NCBI RefSeq assembly: GCF_006345805.1
Contig: NC_042999.1
Span: 3,038,001 to 3,102,000, forward strand
Direction of reading: 5' to 3'
DNA from: Octopus sinensis
Taxonomy: Eukaryota
DNA: 64,000 nucleotides
Shown: positions 13,024-26,446 of the stretch, one piece after another
Position numbering within the stretch: the first letter of the stretch is position 1
How the letters are laid out: every line of letters starts with the position of its first letter
Made by a program: the position numbers and the translations under genes
Notes under the pieces: model-generated
Database searches by the model: none
Seen by the model: only the letters and a program-made list of their open reading frames with translations
What the model was told of the DNA's origin: nothing

Positions 13024-13994
13024 TAATAATAAAATGGTGTATCTTTCATGTTGATGAAGAAAGAGAATTATTTTGTGCATTGTTTCTTCATTTTCTTTGA
13101 GAAAGAAATCTGGGGAATTCTTCAGAGAAATTTGTTCATGATTGAATTCAAAGAAAAAGAAGAGTAAAATGTAAAATACGGAAAAGAAAAAAAAATCCTA
13201 CACTTTGAAATAATTCAACGTATATATAACCTTTTCATTTTCTCTTCATATATATATATGTGTGTATATACATATATATATATATACTTGTATAAATATA
13301 TGTGCGTGCATGTATGTTTATATGTATGTATATATATGTATGCATTTAATTTATAGCTTATTCTTCTATCCGTTTATTGCAAATTTAAGGGATTGACGGA
13401 TTTCTCTGTGAGTTGCAATTGGCATATTTTATAGCTGGAAGTTAAGTTTTTCACTGGGTTGGGTTTTGTAGTTTTCATTGTTGTTTGGTTGGTTTTATAT
13501 ATGGTTATACATACATATATATATATAAATACACACATATACGTACTTACGCATGCACAAACACATATCCCTTTACACATATATACATGTTCGTACGTAT
13601 GTATGCATGCATTTTGATATACATTTTTTTTCCCTTTCACTTTAGTTTCTGTGTTCATTACTGTACTGCAATGATACCATTTTTATTTACCATTTACCAT
13701 TCTACATACAATTATCTGTTCATTTGTATGAAGAAAGAAAACAACAAAAATTATGTTTCTTCTTATTTTTGCTTTATTTCTCTCCATATAATACATTACT
13801 CATTCTACCATTGCTAATATTTCTTCTTGCTTTCCACCTCATAGCTCTATTATTGAACTTATTTTCCAATCATTCTCAATGCGTTCCACTATGCATTACG
13901 GTAAATATATTCATTCTAATACCATTACACAGTACATTTCTGAATCTGCTAGACTTAATGCATATCTTTTTTCCAGTGTATGTATGCATATAGA

Positions 13995-14296
13995 GTGAAG
14001 GCGCGTGACTTAGCGGGTTAGGGGATTCGTCTTACAATCGTAAGGTCATGTGTTCGATTCCTGGTGGTGTTTTGTGTCCTTGAGCAAGACTCTTTATTTT
14101 ACATTGTTCCAGTTCACTTAATTAGCTAAAGTGAGTAGTACCGGTAATTCAAAGGACTGGCCTTGTCACTTCCTGTGTCATACTGAATCTCTTTGAGAAC
14201 TATATTAAGGGTACATACGTCTGTGAAGTGCCCAGCCGTTTGCACGTTAATTTCACGAGCAGGTTGTTTCATTGATCATCATAACAGACGGAGTAC
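13995..14296 (+). mobile_element. tRNA-derived CORE-like SINE (head H2 + tail T2)
   Basis: GTGAAGGCGCGTG...GTTCGATTCC head; TGTGTCCTTGAGCAAGAC CORE-like block; tail ending GACGGAGT. Second copy at 26447. Confidence 0.75.
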
Positions 14297-14526
14297 AAGT
14301 GTTAGGTATCTATACATACATACATACATGCATGCTTGCTTGTTTTTATGTTTGTGTCCATTTCTAGAAAGTCTGCCTCCCACCCACGTGGTTTCATGTT
14401 CCTTCCCACTCCATGCCAGCTTAGGTGTCTTCTACTATAATCCCAGGCAGACCAAAGTCTTATGATGGAACCTTTAAAAAAGCTCATCCTCTGTCTGTGT
14501 GTGTGTACACACTCACACACACACAC

Positions 14527-14581
<55 letters not shown>

Positions 14582-14586
14582 ATATA

Positions 14587-14801
14587 GTTAATCCAAACAA
14601 GAAAACACAAAAAATCACAACGCGGGGACGTGGAACAATTATAGTATTATTGGACGCTCAGGAAAGAAGGGAAGAAGGAGGGTTTAACGTTTCGAAACAT
14701 AGGAGAAGGAAGCATAGGAGAAGGAAACATAGGAGAAGGAAAGATCCAGAGAAGGGAAGACAGAGGTAAAAAAATCGCCAACAGTACACACAAGGTCACA
14801 T
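14587..14801 (-). mobile_element. Penelope-like terminal fragment with its hammerhead core deleted
   Basis: Matches 33695-33900 but lacks 18 bp and carries a 15-bp triplication; TA flanks. Confidence 0.65.
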
Positions 14802-14899
14802 TATATATTAATTGTTGGTAGAGACACTGTATTTCGTTTTGTAACTATTATGCATTACCAAGTCTATTAAAGGGTTTTTAAGTGAATACTGCATTCTAC

Positions 14900-15520
14900 T
14901 CTGTGTTAGCAGTGCATTATTTTTCATTTCTAAGTGAATCTCTAAAGATTTTCTATAGAATTTAGAGCCAGCACTGAAAGTGAAAAGTTATGACTTTTCG
15001 CATATGAATATATCTATGTAAACAACGCAATCGAAGATAGAAAATAAGTCAAGGGTGTATATGCATGTTTCAGGAGTTATTGCTGCTTCTTCAGCACCAC
15101 ATCGAATCCATTAATCACTCATAAACACATTGCTTAAATAGCAACTAAGTTTAGCAGTGTAAAATTATTGGATAGACCAATTTCACATATTGAATACATT
15201 CCTAGAAACTGGTACATACATATTGCTGATAGAGACTCCATATTTCATTTTGAAACCATAATATACTGTCAGATATATTAAAGGTTTGTAAGTCAATATT
15301 GTGTCCTACTTGTGTTAGCAGTGCATTGTTTTCGTTTTTGTGTGTATCTCTACAAATTTTCTGTAGTATTTAGAACATTGACTCTTGACGAAACAGCAAC
15401 AACTCCTGAAATATGCATATACACCGATTACTTATTTTTCTATCTTCGAAAACATTGCTTACATAGACGTATTCGTATACTTCTGTTACTGGCTCTAAAT
15501 TCTACAACAAATCTGTAGAG
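14900..15520. repeat. Old foldback/MITE-like element with about 150-bp imperfect inverted repeats
   Basis: 14940-15090 is the diverged reverse complement of 15390-15520; a direct repeat also links 14903-14970 and 15312-15378. Confidence 0.6.
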
Positions 15521-15619
15521 ATATTCTTCTGAATTTGGTATATTATATTCTCAGGTCACTCTATCTTTATTCTTATCACCTTCTTATGATATGTTTTCAT
15601 CAATGCCTACATATTTGTT

Positions 15620-16520
15620 GCTTTCATTATGTGGACAGGAGAGATAGCGAGACCATTGATGCAAAGGCTTTGGGTCTAGGGAGCAAATTTTCCACATTCA
15701 GCAATCAAATATGAACATTTCTTTTGGTCAAATTCCTCTCTTAGATCAGCTGAAAATGTTGTTATTGACTCCATATGTTTTTTAGCATTGTCATCATTTT
15801 TAGCATAATTCTTCGGGTCATCCAAAAAGAATTTATGGATTACATTAATATTTCTAATCATTGTAGACCATAGCATGTAACTACTTCATTTTTGTAGCAG
15901 GAATGATAACAGATTTAATGCCAAAATTAATAGAATTGCAAAAAAAAAAAAAAGCACATTCTCTTTGAAATATTTACAACATTGGAGATGATCATTCTGC
16001 TCTCAGTTCTAAGCAAGAGAATTGTTGCCAGGTTTTTGTGAACCTTCAATAGTACTAAAAACAGTTGCAAGAACTTTTGCCAAATGGCAACACTCCAGCA
16101 GTGGGGAATAGAGTCAAATGGTTTCCCATAATCAAGCCATAATATCATAAGTCTTCTGCAGTGTTTTTCTTACTTTACTTACAAAAAGTTGTTCATCACA
16201 TCCTCACAGTCCCTTCTTCCCACCTGCCTGCTTATCATTTACCATGCTGCTGGACTCGCAATGATCTTGAAAGAATCGGCTAAGACATCTTGTGTAGCTT
16301 GTATACAATATTTAGGTAAACAATGGGCCTAAGTTTTTCATCCAGCCCGGTGGTTTCATTCTTTGCAACAAGTATTGACCGTACTACACCTAACCAACTG
16401 GTCATATCAATCTGACCTTCCATCGTTCCTTTGAATATACGTTTTAATGACTTCCTGTAAAATGTCCCCCTCTTGTACCAATACATAACTATTAGGTCTC
16501 TTCCTCACTTCTCTGGATAA
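15620..16520 (-). pseudogene. Degraded Dong/R4-type reverse transcriptase fragment
   Basis: WL..RSILVAK..LRPIVYLN.VYKL, WLDYGKPFDSIPHCW and FLDDPKNYAKN..FSADLREEF..KKC in collinear RT order. Confidence 0.8.
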
Positions 16521-16734
16521 CATATGTAGATTAGAACTTGTGATTTATGCAGGCTCTTTCAAAACTTTGCCTACATTAGAGGAGTGTTTTGCTCAACATC
16601 CTGAGGCCATGCTTTAGAGTAATTAGCTTTCCTTGGGATTACTGTGAAGAGTCACTATAGTTTTATTAATCTATGTGTAAGATGTACCTGGTGAGGTGTA
16701 AACACTTTATTCCTCTTAGATTTAATTATCACAG

Positions 16735-17035
16735 TAAAAAGCGCCATTCGAGCGTGGTTGTTGCCAGTACCCCCTGACTGGCTCCCATGCCAGTGGCATG
16801 TAAAAAGCACCATTCAAGTGTAGTTGATGCCAGTGCCGCCTGACTGGCTCCTGTGTCAGTGGCATGTAAAAAGCACCCACTACATTTTCAGAGTGGTTGG
16901 CGTTAGGAAGGGCATCCAGTTGTAGAAATACTGCCAGATTGGATTGGAGCCTAGTGCAGCCTTCTGGCTTGCCAGCCCTCAGTCAAACTGTCCAACCCAT
17001 GCCAGCATGGAAAGCGGATGATAAACGATGATGAT
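16735..17035 (+). mobile_element. SINE family C
   Basis: Two internal units, conserved 3' part and (GAT)n tail. Confidence 0.8.
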
Positions 17036-17460
17036 TATGATGGTTGACCATCTAATATGGCAGCACGGATTATTAACGTTTTTTAAAGTTTTGTTTTCTC
17101 TCTATGCTGGTTCTGTTTGGTAATTTTATTACTGTGCACATTGCACATTTCTCTTAAGTGTTCTTTATGAGTGATAGCAACTGTGTATATGAGGATATCA
17201 ATATTCCAGAAATAAAATGCCACATGATTCCATGGGCTCTCCACTGACACCATTGATAACTTGTAACATCAGAGAAGCTGGATTTTTCTTAATCTTGTCA
17301 GGAATGGCCTGTCACTCAATGATATTTTCGAAAAAGTGGAAAAGTTTTCTACAGGTTGTGCTTTCAAATTATTTCCAAGTTGAATATATTCCACAGTTGT
17401 CTTTGTCGACTCAGCTACATTTGGAGATAAATGAGAGTTTAGGGATGGTTGGCAGCATTT

Positions 17461-17852
17461 TCATCATCATCATCATCGTTTAACGTCTGTTTTCCATGCT
17501 AGCATGGGTTGGACGGTTCAACTGGGGTCTGGGAAGCCAGAAGGCTGTGCCAGGCCCAGTCTGATCTGGCAGTGTTTGTACGGCTGGATGCCCTTCCTAA
17601 TGCCAATCACTCCGAGAGTGTAGTGGGTGCTTTTACATGCCACCAGCACAGGTGCCAGACGAGGCTGGCAAACGGTCACGATCGGATGGTGCTTTTTACA
17701 TGCCACCGGCACGGAGGCCAGTCGGGGCAGCGCTGGCAACGGCCACGCTTGGTTGGTTCTCTTACGTGCCATTGGCACTGGTATCACAGCTACAATTTCC
17801 ATTGATGTTGATCGATTTTGATTTTGATTTTTCATTTTCACTTGCCTCAACA
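17461..17852 (-). mobile_element. SINE family C
   Basis: As above, extending into the 5' body (GAGGCAAGTGAAAATG). Confidence 0.8.
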
Positions 17853-18825
17853 AGTTTTGTTTTACATAATTTTCACTCTCTCTCTTCTGTCTGGCAGATT
17901 TTACCTAATTCTCAGTGCTTTGAAAAGCTCAATTAGCTTCAGAAAAGCAATCCATTTCTTTTCCTCATATATCTAGATTTTCTCTGAACTCCTTTGTACT
18001 GTTGTTCACACACACACACACTAATGTTACACTTCCAATGGAATAAGCTCACTTTGTTGCTTTCTAGCTTTTACAAATTCTCTACATTCAAGTCCCATGT
18101 TTCAATACCCTGCAACATCACAGTCCTTACCCAAGTATTATACAATCAAACCGTCCAACTCATGCCAGCATCGAAAACGAATGCTAAATGATGATGATAA
18201 TGAAGATAATAATGATGATGAGAATAAGCTTCCACAGCTAAACTGTGTGGAAGCTTATCATCATCATCATTTAACTCTATTTTCAATGTTGGCATGGGTG
18301 GAACGGTTTGACAGGACCTGGCAAGCTGGAGAACTGCACCAGGCTCCATTTGTCTGTTCTGATGAAGTTTCTATGGGTGGATGCTCTTCTTAACATTAAC
18401 CATTTTACAGAGAGTACTGGCTTTTTATGTGGCACCCACAGACGTGCTTTTTACGTACTACCAGCACATTCTATGTGGCATATAATGTGCGTGAGAGTTT
18501 TTTTGTGTCTCTGGTTATGCCCCACCCCTATCCTACTATTTGGCAACTGAGATTAATTTGCTTATGTTCCTGTGACCTAGCAGTTCGGCTAAGAAGACCG
18601 ACAGAATAAATACCAGGCTTTAAAAAGTGAGTACTGGAGTCGATTTGTTTGACTAAACTAGTCAAGATTCTGCCCCAGCATGGCCACAGTCCAATGACTG
18701 AAAGAAGTGAACAGTCAAAGATATAGGTCTGCCTAAGTAGAGCTGACAGCCACCACCAGTAACAACTTCGTGTATTTCAGGCAAATATCCAAATTTTAAA
18801 ACCTGTACAACTTTATATAGGAACA

Positions 18826-19290
18826 TCATCATCATCATTTAACGTCTGTTTTCCATGCTAGCATGGGTTGGATGGTTCAACCAGGGTCTGGGAAGCCAGG
18901 AGGCTGCACCAGGCTCCAGTCTGATTGGGCAGTGTTTCTACAGCTGGATGCCCTTCCTAACGCCAACCACTCCATGAGTGTAGTGGGTGCTTTTTATGTG
19001 CCAGGTGAGGCTGGCAACGGCCACGATTGGTTGGTGCTTTTTACGTGCCACCGACATGGAAGCCAGTCGAGGCGGCACTGGCAACGGCCACGTTCGGATG
19101 GTGCTTTTTATGTGCCACCGACATGGAAGCCAGTTGAGGCGGCACTAGCAACGGCCACGTTCGGATGGTGCTTTTTATGTGCCACCAACACGGAAGCCAT
19201 TCAAGGCGGCGCTGGCAACGGCCACTTTCGGATGGTGTTTTTTACGTGCCACCGGCACAGGTATCACATCTACAAATTCCATTGATTTTT
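18826..19290 (-). mobile_element. SINE family C with about four 67-bp internal units
   Basis: Repeated GGTGCTTTTTA(C/T)GTGCCACC...GGCAACGGCCAC. Confidence 0.8.
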
Positions 19291-20513
19291 TTTTGATTGA
19301 TTTCGAACAGTAAAAAACATTTGTTAGTGTTGAAACAAATGCAGTCATATATCAATGCCAGGTGTCAATGCAAAACGATAGATCATTTGAGCAAGAACTA
19401 TTTGTAAATTATCAGTTTCCAATATTTATTTTGATCACCTGATTTCTCAAGTTTCCCATTCAACAGCATCATAAACATCGAGTTAGTTCCAAATAAACAA
19501 GATTCGAATAAATTTTGCTTTTTTTTATCCTTGTTTATTTTTTAATTGTTTTTTGGTTGGAGTATTTTATTCACTTTTATTTATTTCTTATGAGAAAATA
19601 TCAATTAAAATAATGAATATGAAAAATTCTTCCTATCAGTTTCATAAGAAAAAAAAAAAAAAAAATCAATTTCTGTCCAAGTTTCTGAAACATCAATATA
19701 CCATTCTAAGTCTCTTTTGGCAATATTCTGAAACCTGTGGAGAAAATATTGACCAATTCTTCAAAATGTTTATTTTCTGCATTGGAAACAGAACATACAG
19801 CTTTAATTCCAAAGCTATTTTTAAAATATCAATTTCAGTTTTCTTATTTGTGAAGAATTCAAGTAATTTAATATATTTTTGCTGCTGTTATTATTATTAT
19901 TATTATTTTTACTTTTAATCTACATGTTTATTACAGTCACTTGCTGAGACACACCCAGCATCTTGAGGCAAATGAAGGATAAGGGATGCTACAGCATGAC
20001 CGAAAGTTTAGGGGGGGGGTAGTGAAATATCTTCATGTAATACAACACCGAGATAAGGGTGGTGGTGGTGAGCTGGCAGAATCGTTAGCATGCCAGGTGA
20101 AATGCTTTGCAGTGTTTCGTCCGTCTTCACATTCTGAATTCAAATTCTGTCGAGGTTGACTTTGGCTTTCATCCTTTTAAGGTTGATTAAATAAGTACCA
20201 GTTATGCACTGGGGGTCGATGTCATCGACTTAATCCCTTCCCCCAAATTTGAGGCCTTGTGCTTCCGGTAGAAAAGATTATCATTAATAAGATGGCAAGC
20301 TTGCTGAACCATTAGCACACCAAACTAAACTGCTTCCCAGTATTTCATTCGTCCTTATGTTCTAAGTTCAAATTCCACCCAGGTTCACTTTACTTTCCAT
20401 CCTTTCGGAGTTGATAAGTATCAGTCAAGATCTGGGTTGATGTAATTGACTTCTTCTGTCCCTCAAAAACTGCTGCCCCTGTGTCAAAATTTGAAACCAT
20501 TATTATTAATATA

Positions 20514-20810
20514 TTTACATTATTTACATTTGACGGATATTTGTCCTCATCTTGTTTGTTGTTACTAACCCCAAGATTCCGAGTTTGATTCCAAGCAGTG
20601 ACCTGAACAATAATAATAATAATAATAATAACAACAACATCGAAAAATATTTTAGGAATGAGAACCCAGGTTCGAAATTTCCCCAAGATACCTGAAGAAG
20701 GCTGGAGGGTATATCAGCCGAAATGTTGTGTTAACAACAAACAAAATGAGGACAAATATCCATCAATTGTAAATAATGTACATAATTCCTCATCTCTTAA
20801 ATATAGAACT
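20514..20810 (+). mobile_element. tRNA-headed, hammerhead-bearing element (family D), 5'-truncated with a 51-bp inverted arm
   Basis: 20514-20564 is the reverse complement of 20732-20782; B-box-like GAGTTTGATTCC; homologous to 28412-28720. Confidence 0.75.
20688..20731 (+). ncRNA. Minimal type I hammerhead ribozyme motif (Penelope-type), probably decayed
   Basis: AUAC-CUGAAGA-A-GGCUG(10 nt)CAGCC-GAAA-UGU-U-GUGU; the C after GAAA has become U. Confidence 0.7.
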
Positions 20811-22114
20811 GTATTATTTGTTATTATTGAGTGAGAGAGCAGTGCATGTCATGAAAATGATATTGGGGTAAAATATATGAAGCCCAATATACCCATCATG
20901 TCTACCCGTCTGATAAGGGTACACCAGACACATGCATCACAACCACGTGTGCAACATGATGATCTCATACCAAGATAAAAAGTGCATGACCTTGCAGGTG
21001 GGGCCCAGTTAGAATTTCCTTCAGATCATGTAGCCCTTCCCGCTCAAAAGATTCCTGAATAAGGTTGGTTTAAGGATGTTGAACGAAACACTCATGTTTC
21101 CAGAGGTGAATTATTCAAACCCCAAAGAATTCCTCTCAATGCATGGCTACGATGCTCCCCCACTTCTACTATGATCAGAGATGCACATATTGTCACTCAC
21201 CAAGGGACGTGCTCAGCAGCTGACAATCAAATCTGTGGTATTGAGCAGAATATTTGCTGTAGCCCATCTTTTATACCAAGACAAAACAATGTACATGATA
21301 ACACTTCCAATCCATTAAGATCAGAAGCCATGAGAACCACTATTATTATTAATAAAGTACCAGTTATGTACCTGGGTTGATGTCATCGACTTAATCCCTT
21401 TGTCTGTCCTTGTTTGTCCCCTCTATGTTTAGCCCCTTGTGGGCAATAAAGAAATATATATTCTGAGTTCAAATTCCACCAAGGTCGACTTTGCTTTTCA
21501 TCCTTTCGGGGTCGATAAATTAAGTACTAGATGCATACTGGGGTCGATCTAATCAACTGGCCCCCTCCCCCAAATTTCAGGCCTTATGCCTATATTCGAA
21601 AGCATTATTATTAATATCACTACTATTGTAATACTCTGTAGAATTATAACCCTTAACTTTATATATCCAGAGAAGCATTAATAAATCCGTGAGTTTCCTG
21701 TGGTTTATTAAACTATTAAGTTATTAATTTTACGACCTCCTTTTTACACAAAATATATTTTAGAGTTTTAAAGCCTGTTGAATCATAAATTAATTTTATG
21801 GTTGATATCTCGAGTTGTTGAGGGAACATGTGCTGACAGCAGTATAATTATGATTCCATAAACTTCAAGGATTTGTTGTAGTTTACCATATAAGTGGAAT
21901 ATTTTCTAATATACATCAGTGATTGGCAAACCGTGGTGCATTTGGCCTTCTGAAAAGCATGCCTAACATCGTGAGGAAAATATAACATATTAAAATTCTT
22001 TTGGTTTTGTTTCCTTCTCACTTGTTCATTCAGAGTTTTTCTCAGGAGGGAAAATGATGCCAAAGTGTGATAGTTATTAAATGTTCAATTAATCTCTCTT
22101 ACTGATTAATGCAT

Positions 22115-22417
22115 GGAGGTGCAATGGCCCAGTGGTTAGGGCAGCAGACTCGCGGTTGTAGGATCGCGGTTTCGATTCCCAGAGGGAGCATTGTGAGTGT
22201 TTATTGAGCAAAAACACCTAAAGCTCCACGTGACTCTGGCAGGGGGTGGTGGCAACTCTGCTGTACTCTTTCGCCACAACTTTCTCTCACTCTTTCTTCT
22301 GTTGGCCTGCTAGCTTAGCCAGCAGGGTGACATCATTTGAGGCTAAAACAATGCGAAGCGCATTGTGACCAGCGATGTGTAGCAACATCTGATAGCCTGG
22401 TCGGTCACGGTGATCAC
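22115..22417 (+). mobile_element. tRNA-derived SINE (head H3 + tail T1)
   Basis: TGGCCCAGTGGTTAGGGC A-box and GGTTTCGATTCC B-box; tail GCATTGTGACCAGCGATGTG...GTGATCAC. Confidence 0.75.
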
Positions 22418-22739
22418 TTATTAATGCTTGTTGCATTGTGGGTGCGCATCATCATCATCATCGTTTAACGTCCTCCTTCCATGCTGACATGGGTTGGATG
22501 GTTTGACAGGAGCTGGCCAGGAAGGAGCCTGCACCAAACTCCTGTGTCTGTTTTGGAAGGGTTTTTATGGCTGGATGCCCTTCCTAGCGCCAACTACTCT
22601 GAGTGCTTTTTATGTGGTACTCGCACAGGTGAGGTTAGTTTTGGCATGGGTTTTACAGCTGCATGCCCTTCCAGTAATTGCAAATTAAGTACCAGCTTCA
22701 TGAAAACAATTCCCAGAAGAGAGAGCGGTAACATCACTT

Positions 22740-23100
22740 TGTTTAGACATGTTCCTACAATCCAAGAATGCAAAAACAATCATTGTGACCAAACGGACAG
22801 TCCCCTTGGGGACAGACTCAATATTTCCCACCAGGTAATAAAATCGAAATATCAAGACTTAATCAATGAGGTCTTTGTCAAGGGATGGCATGCTTCCTCA
22901 TTCCCTATTGGAGTAGGCTGCTGCAGCTTTCCATCTAGATCAGTGTCGCTATTTCTCACAGAAGATAGGTTTGGAATCGAACAACTGAAGAAAGCTATCA
23001 AGGAAATAGGCACAGCAGCTGAAACTAATTCAAAGTTGTTATAATTGATTAGAGACCACAAGTGGAGCCCTTCCATGGGTGAAGACTAGCTCACTCCTCG
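22740..23100 (+). mobile_element. Degraded 3' fragment of a HERO-like (R2-group, RLE) retrotransposon
   Basis: TVPLGDRL then KYQDLINEVFVKGWHASSFPIGVGC...QLKKAIKEIGTAAE resembles the LTVPWE...KY..L..E....GW....P.EVG.RGF...AAE.AS pattern. Confidence 0.6.
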
Positions 23101-23859
23101 CTGCCTCACTCAAGTGAAGTGTACAGGCTAAGGGGTGAAACACTTGTGATCCTGAGATTCCTGCTCATGATATGGAAAGGTTTCCAGCCTTGCAATGGAT
23201 TTGGAAGTGCTGGAAAAAGCTCTGAGTATCTCCTGCAGTTTCTGCATAGGACAAAAGCATCTCTGATATCTACTTCACCGATAGGATATAAACCTACATT
23301 CAAATACATCTCTCATTGTTTTTCTCAATATTTTTCATTTTTACCAAACATGAAACATATTCGTTGTTGCCAAAAGTAATTTACATGGAATTGGCAAAGA
23401 TCCGGCTCAAAAGAAATTAAATGCTGTTTATTCCTTTATCAGTGTTACATATCGTTCTAAATGTTTTAAAACCAAATGAATTACAGAGCAGAAATTCACT
23501 GCTATAACTACACAGTTCTCTGCATCTCTTCATTTTAGAAATCTCATTAGTAATTAAATATTGTTGTTTTTATTGTTGTTGTTGCTGTTGTGTGTCCATC
23601 CTCATTCCTCTCTATCCAGCTAATCATTTAGTAAATAGCACACTTGTGATTTGCAACAGAAATAATCTCCCACATGCTATTTATGTTGCATAGATGAATG
23701 CAGTATATTTTACTTGCCAACATCTTACTAACATGACTAATTAATCAAATTTCCTCCTCCCTTGATGTATTATAATTCACCATTATCAAATACAATTATC
23801 TCTCTGAATTTGCTGGAATAAATGCTGAGTTTTCAAAATATTTTCCTCATAATGCACAG

Positions 23860-24238
23860 GAGTGGCAGTGTGGTCAGAACTTTATTTTGCAACAGCATGG
23901 TTCTGCATTTAGCCCCACTGGATGGTGCCTTGGGTGAATATTTTCTTGTGTAGCCCCAGGCTGACCAAAGCTTTGTGAGTGGATTTGAGAGACAGAAGCT
24001 GAAAAAAACCCCTCATATATATACGTGTGTGTGTCTTTGTGTCTGTCTCCCCCATCACTGCTTACCATCCAGTGTTGGTGTGTTTACGTCACTGCAACTT
24101 AGCAGTTTGGCAAAAGGAACCTGTAGAATAAGTAACAGGCTTCGAAAGAAAGAAATACTGGGATCAATTCATTCAACTAAAAGAAATTCTTCGAGGTGGT
24201 GATCCAGTATGGCCACAGCCTAATGACTAAAACAAAAG
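23860..24238 (+). mobile_element. SINE family B (OK-like), degraded
   Basis: Matches the 61540-61940 copy. Confidence 0.7.
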
Positions 24239-24316
24239 AATTATGAGAAAAAATAACAAAATAAAACTGAATAACCAACTAGTTTTATTCCCACAAAAAA
24301 CAACTTATCATTATTA

Positions 24317-24605
24317 TCATCATCATCGTTTAACGTCCGTTCTCCATGCTAGCATGGGTTGGATGGTTCAACTGGGGTCTGGGAAGCCAGGGGGCTGCAC
24401 CAGGCTCCAGTCTGATCTGGCAGTGTTTCTACAGCTGGATGCCCTTCCTAACGCCAACCACTCCGTGAGTGTAGTGGGTGCTTTTTATGTGCCACTGCAC
24501 AGGTGCCAGACCAGGCTGGCAAATGGCCACGATAGGATGGTGCTTTGTACGTGCCACCGGCACGAGGCTAGTTGGAGTGGCGCTGGCAACGGCCACGTTT
24601 GGATA
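24317..24605 (-). mobile_element. SINE family C
   Basis: Conserved tail and two internal units. Confidence 0.8.
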
Positions 24606-25689
24606 TTTCATTAAAAATTTTTTTGGCATGTCACTTTGAAAATTACAATATATTTTTGAACAGGAGTTTAACAGTGCCATCTCTAGCTGAGCAGTTATTC
24701 TGTGCAGAAGAAAGGAAATAACCAGAAACTGCAATCCACAGATATTGCTTTGTGTTAAGTGGGGATGCTAAACTCCCCTGTTCTGCCAAGGTTGAATTAG
24801 CCTTTCATCCTTTCGAGGTTCATAAACTAAGTACCAGTTGCAAACTAGGGTCGATCTAATCAACTGGCCCCCTCCTCCAAAATTTCAGGCCTTGTGCCCT
24901 GAGAAGAAGAAAAACGTTAGCATGCCGGGGAAAATACCAGTATTTTGTTTGTCTTTACAGTCTGAGTTCAAATTCTGCTGAGGTCGACTGCCTTTCCGTG
25001 GACCTCAGCAGAATTTGAGGTTTTGGGGTTGATAAATTAAGTACCAGTTGCATACTGGGGTCGATCTAATCCACTGCTCCCTCCTCCTCCTCAAAAATTT
25101 TAAGCTTTGTGCCCAAAGTAGAAAAGAATAAGTACAAAGTGAAAGTTTTAAAGCATTGACAACCCCAGAATGGCTTGAATATCAGAATGGTGAGATATTT
25201 TAGGAATCATAAATCTCTTGGCCTCTTTTTTACGCTTCCATGCTTAATTAAAATGTCATTATATCCTCTCCATCCCCTTCATCCCCCCTCTCACCATCAT
25301 CCTTTAACATTCATTTTCCTTGCTGGCATTAGTGATTGATTATAAAGTTAATTAGATGCCTTATAATAGTTTATCATGCTGCAAAAGTAGTGACTGGAAA
25401 GAAACCTCAAAGCACTGAAATTAACGAAACAATAATTATTTATTCATTTAATGGTGACTATTGTAAAAAAAAAAACAAAAGACTACTCAGTACCATGGTA
25501 AGGATTAATATTTCTAGTTTCTGTTGGGTTAGTTTCTTGGCATTTTGAGTTCTCCCTGTGGATGCACTGGGCCTTCTGTCAAGTCATTCCAGTGAATAAT
25601 ATTTCAGGGAGATAAAAGCAGGGTACCGAGTGGCAAGAAACTGATTGGCAGCAAAATATAAATAAGAAGTTAAAGATAAACTTTCAACA

Positions 25690-25721
<32 letters not shown>

Positions 25722-26446
25722 TGTGGTCTCTGGGGAGAGTCATTTTCATGCACACACACATATACATACATACACACATACATACATGCATGGGCACATG
25801 CACACACACACTGACCCACACACATGCACACAAACAAACAAAAAGAAACACAGTGTAAATAACAGACAGTCAAGACTATTGAAAAGGTACAAGATGCAAC
25901 GAAAATTTCAGGAAAATAAAATTAAGTGGAAATTTTACAGATGAGTGTGTTACATTATAAGGCACAAAAAGAAAATGACTCTCCCCAGACACAACAGAAT
26001 ATGCGTCAACACATGAACTCATATAAAGAATCTTGCAAACCAAATCCAAAACCGAAATATATATATATATACACACACACACACATGTAGGATAAAATCC
26101 TTGGTTGCCGACAGATTTTTCTGCTCTTATAAGGATTTCATCATATATATATATATATATATACTGTTCAGTATTTATGCCTTGTAAATATATTTTTATA
26201 CTTGTTCTACAACACATTTCAATGCTTCAAAAACAAACTTATGATGTAAAAAGAAGTTAATAAAATGTTATAGTTTGCTTCAGGCATTGTATATGGAATG
26301 TGATGTTGAAAGAGATAGAAGGTTAAACAATGCAAAATGGATTGTAAGATGAGGTAACAATATTTAAAAGTAAGTTACCTGGTAATCCTTGTTTTGATTT
26401 TTGTCTTTATGTTGTTGGTACTGTTGGTCTTATATGTGTCCAAAGA

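Noticed and set aside
16865-16930. Possible HDV-like ribozyme in the RTE-related part of SINE family C
   Set aside because: I could not build the double-pseudoknot by eye; an RNAMotif HDV descriptor search would be needed.
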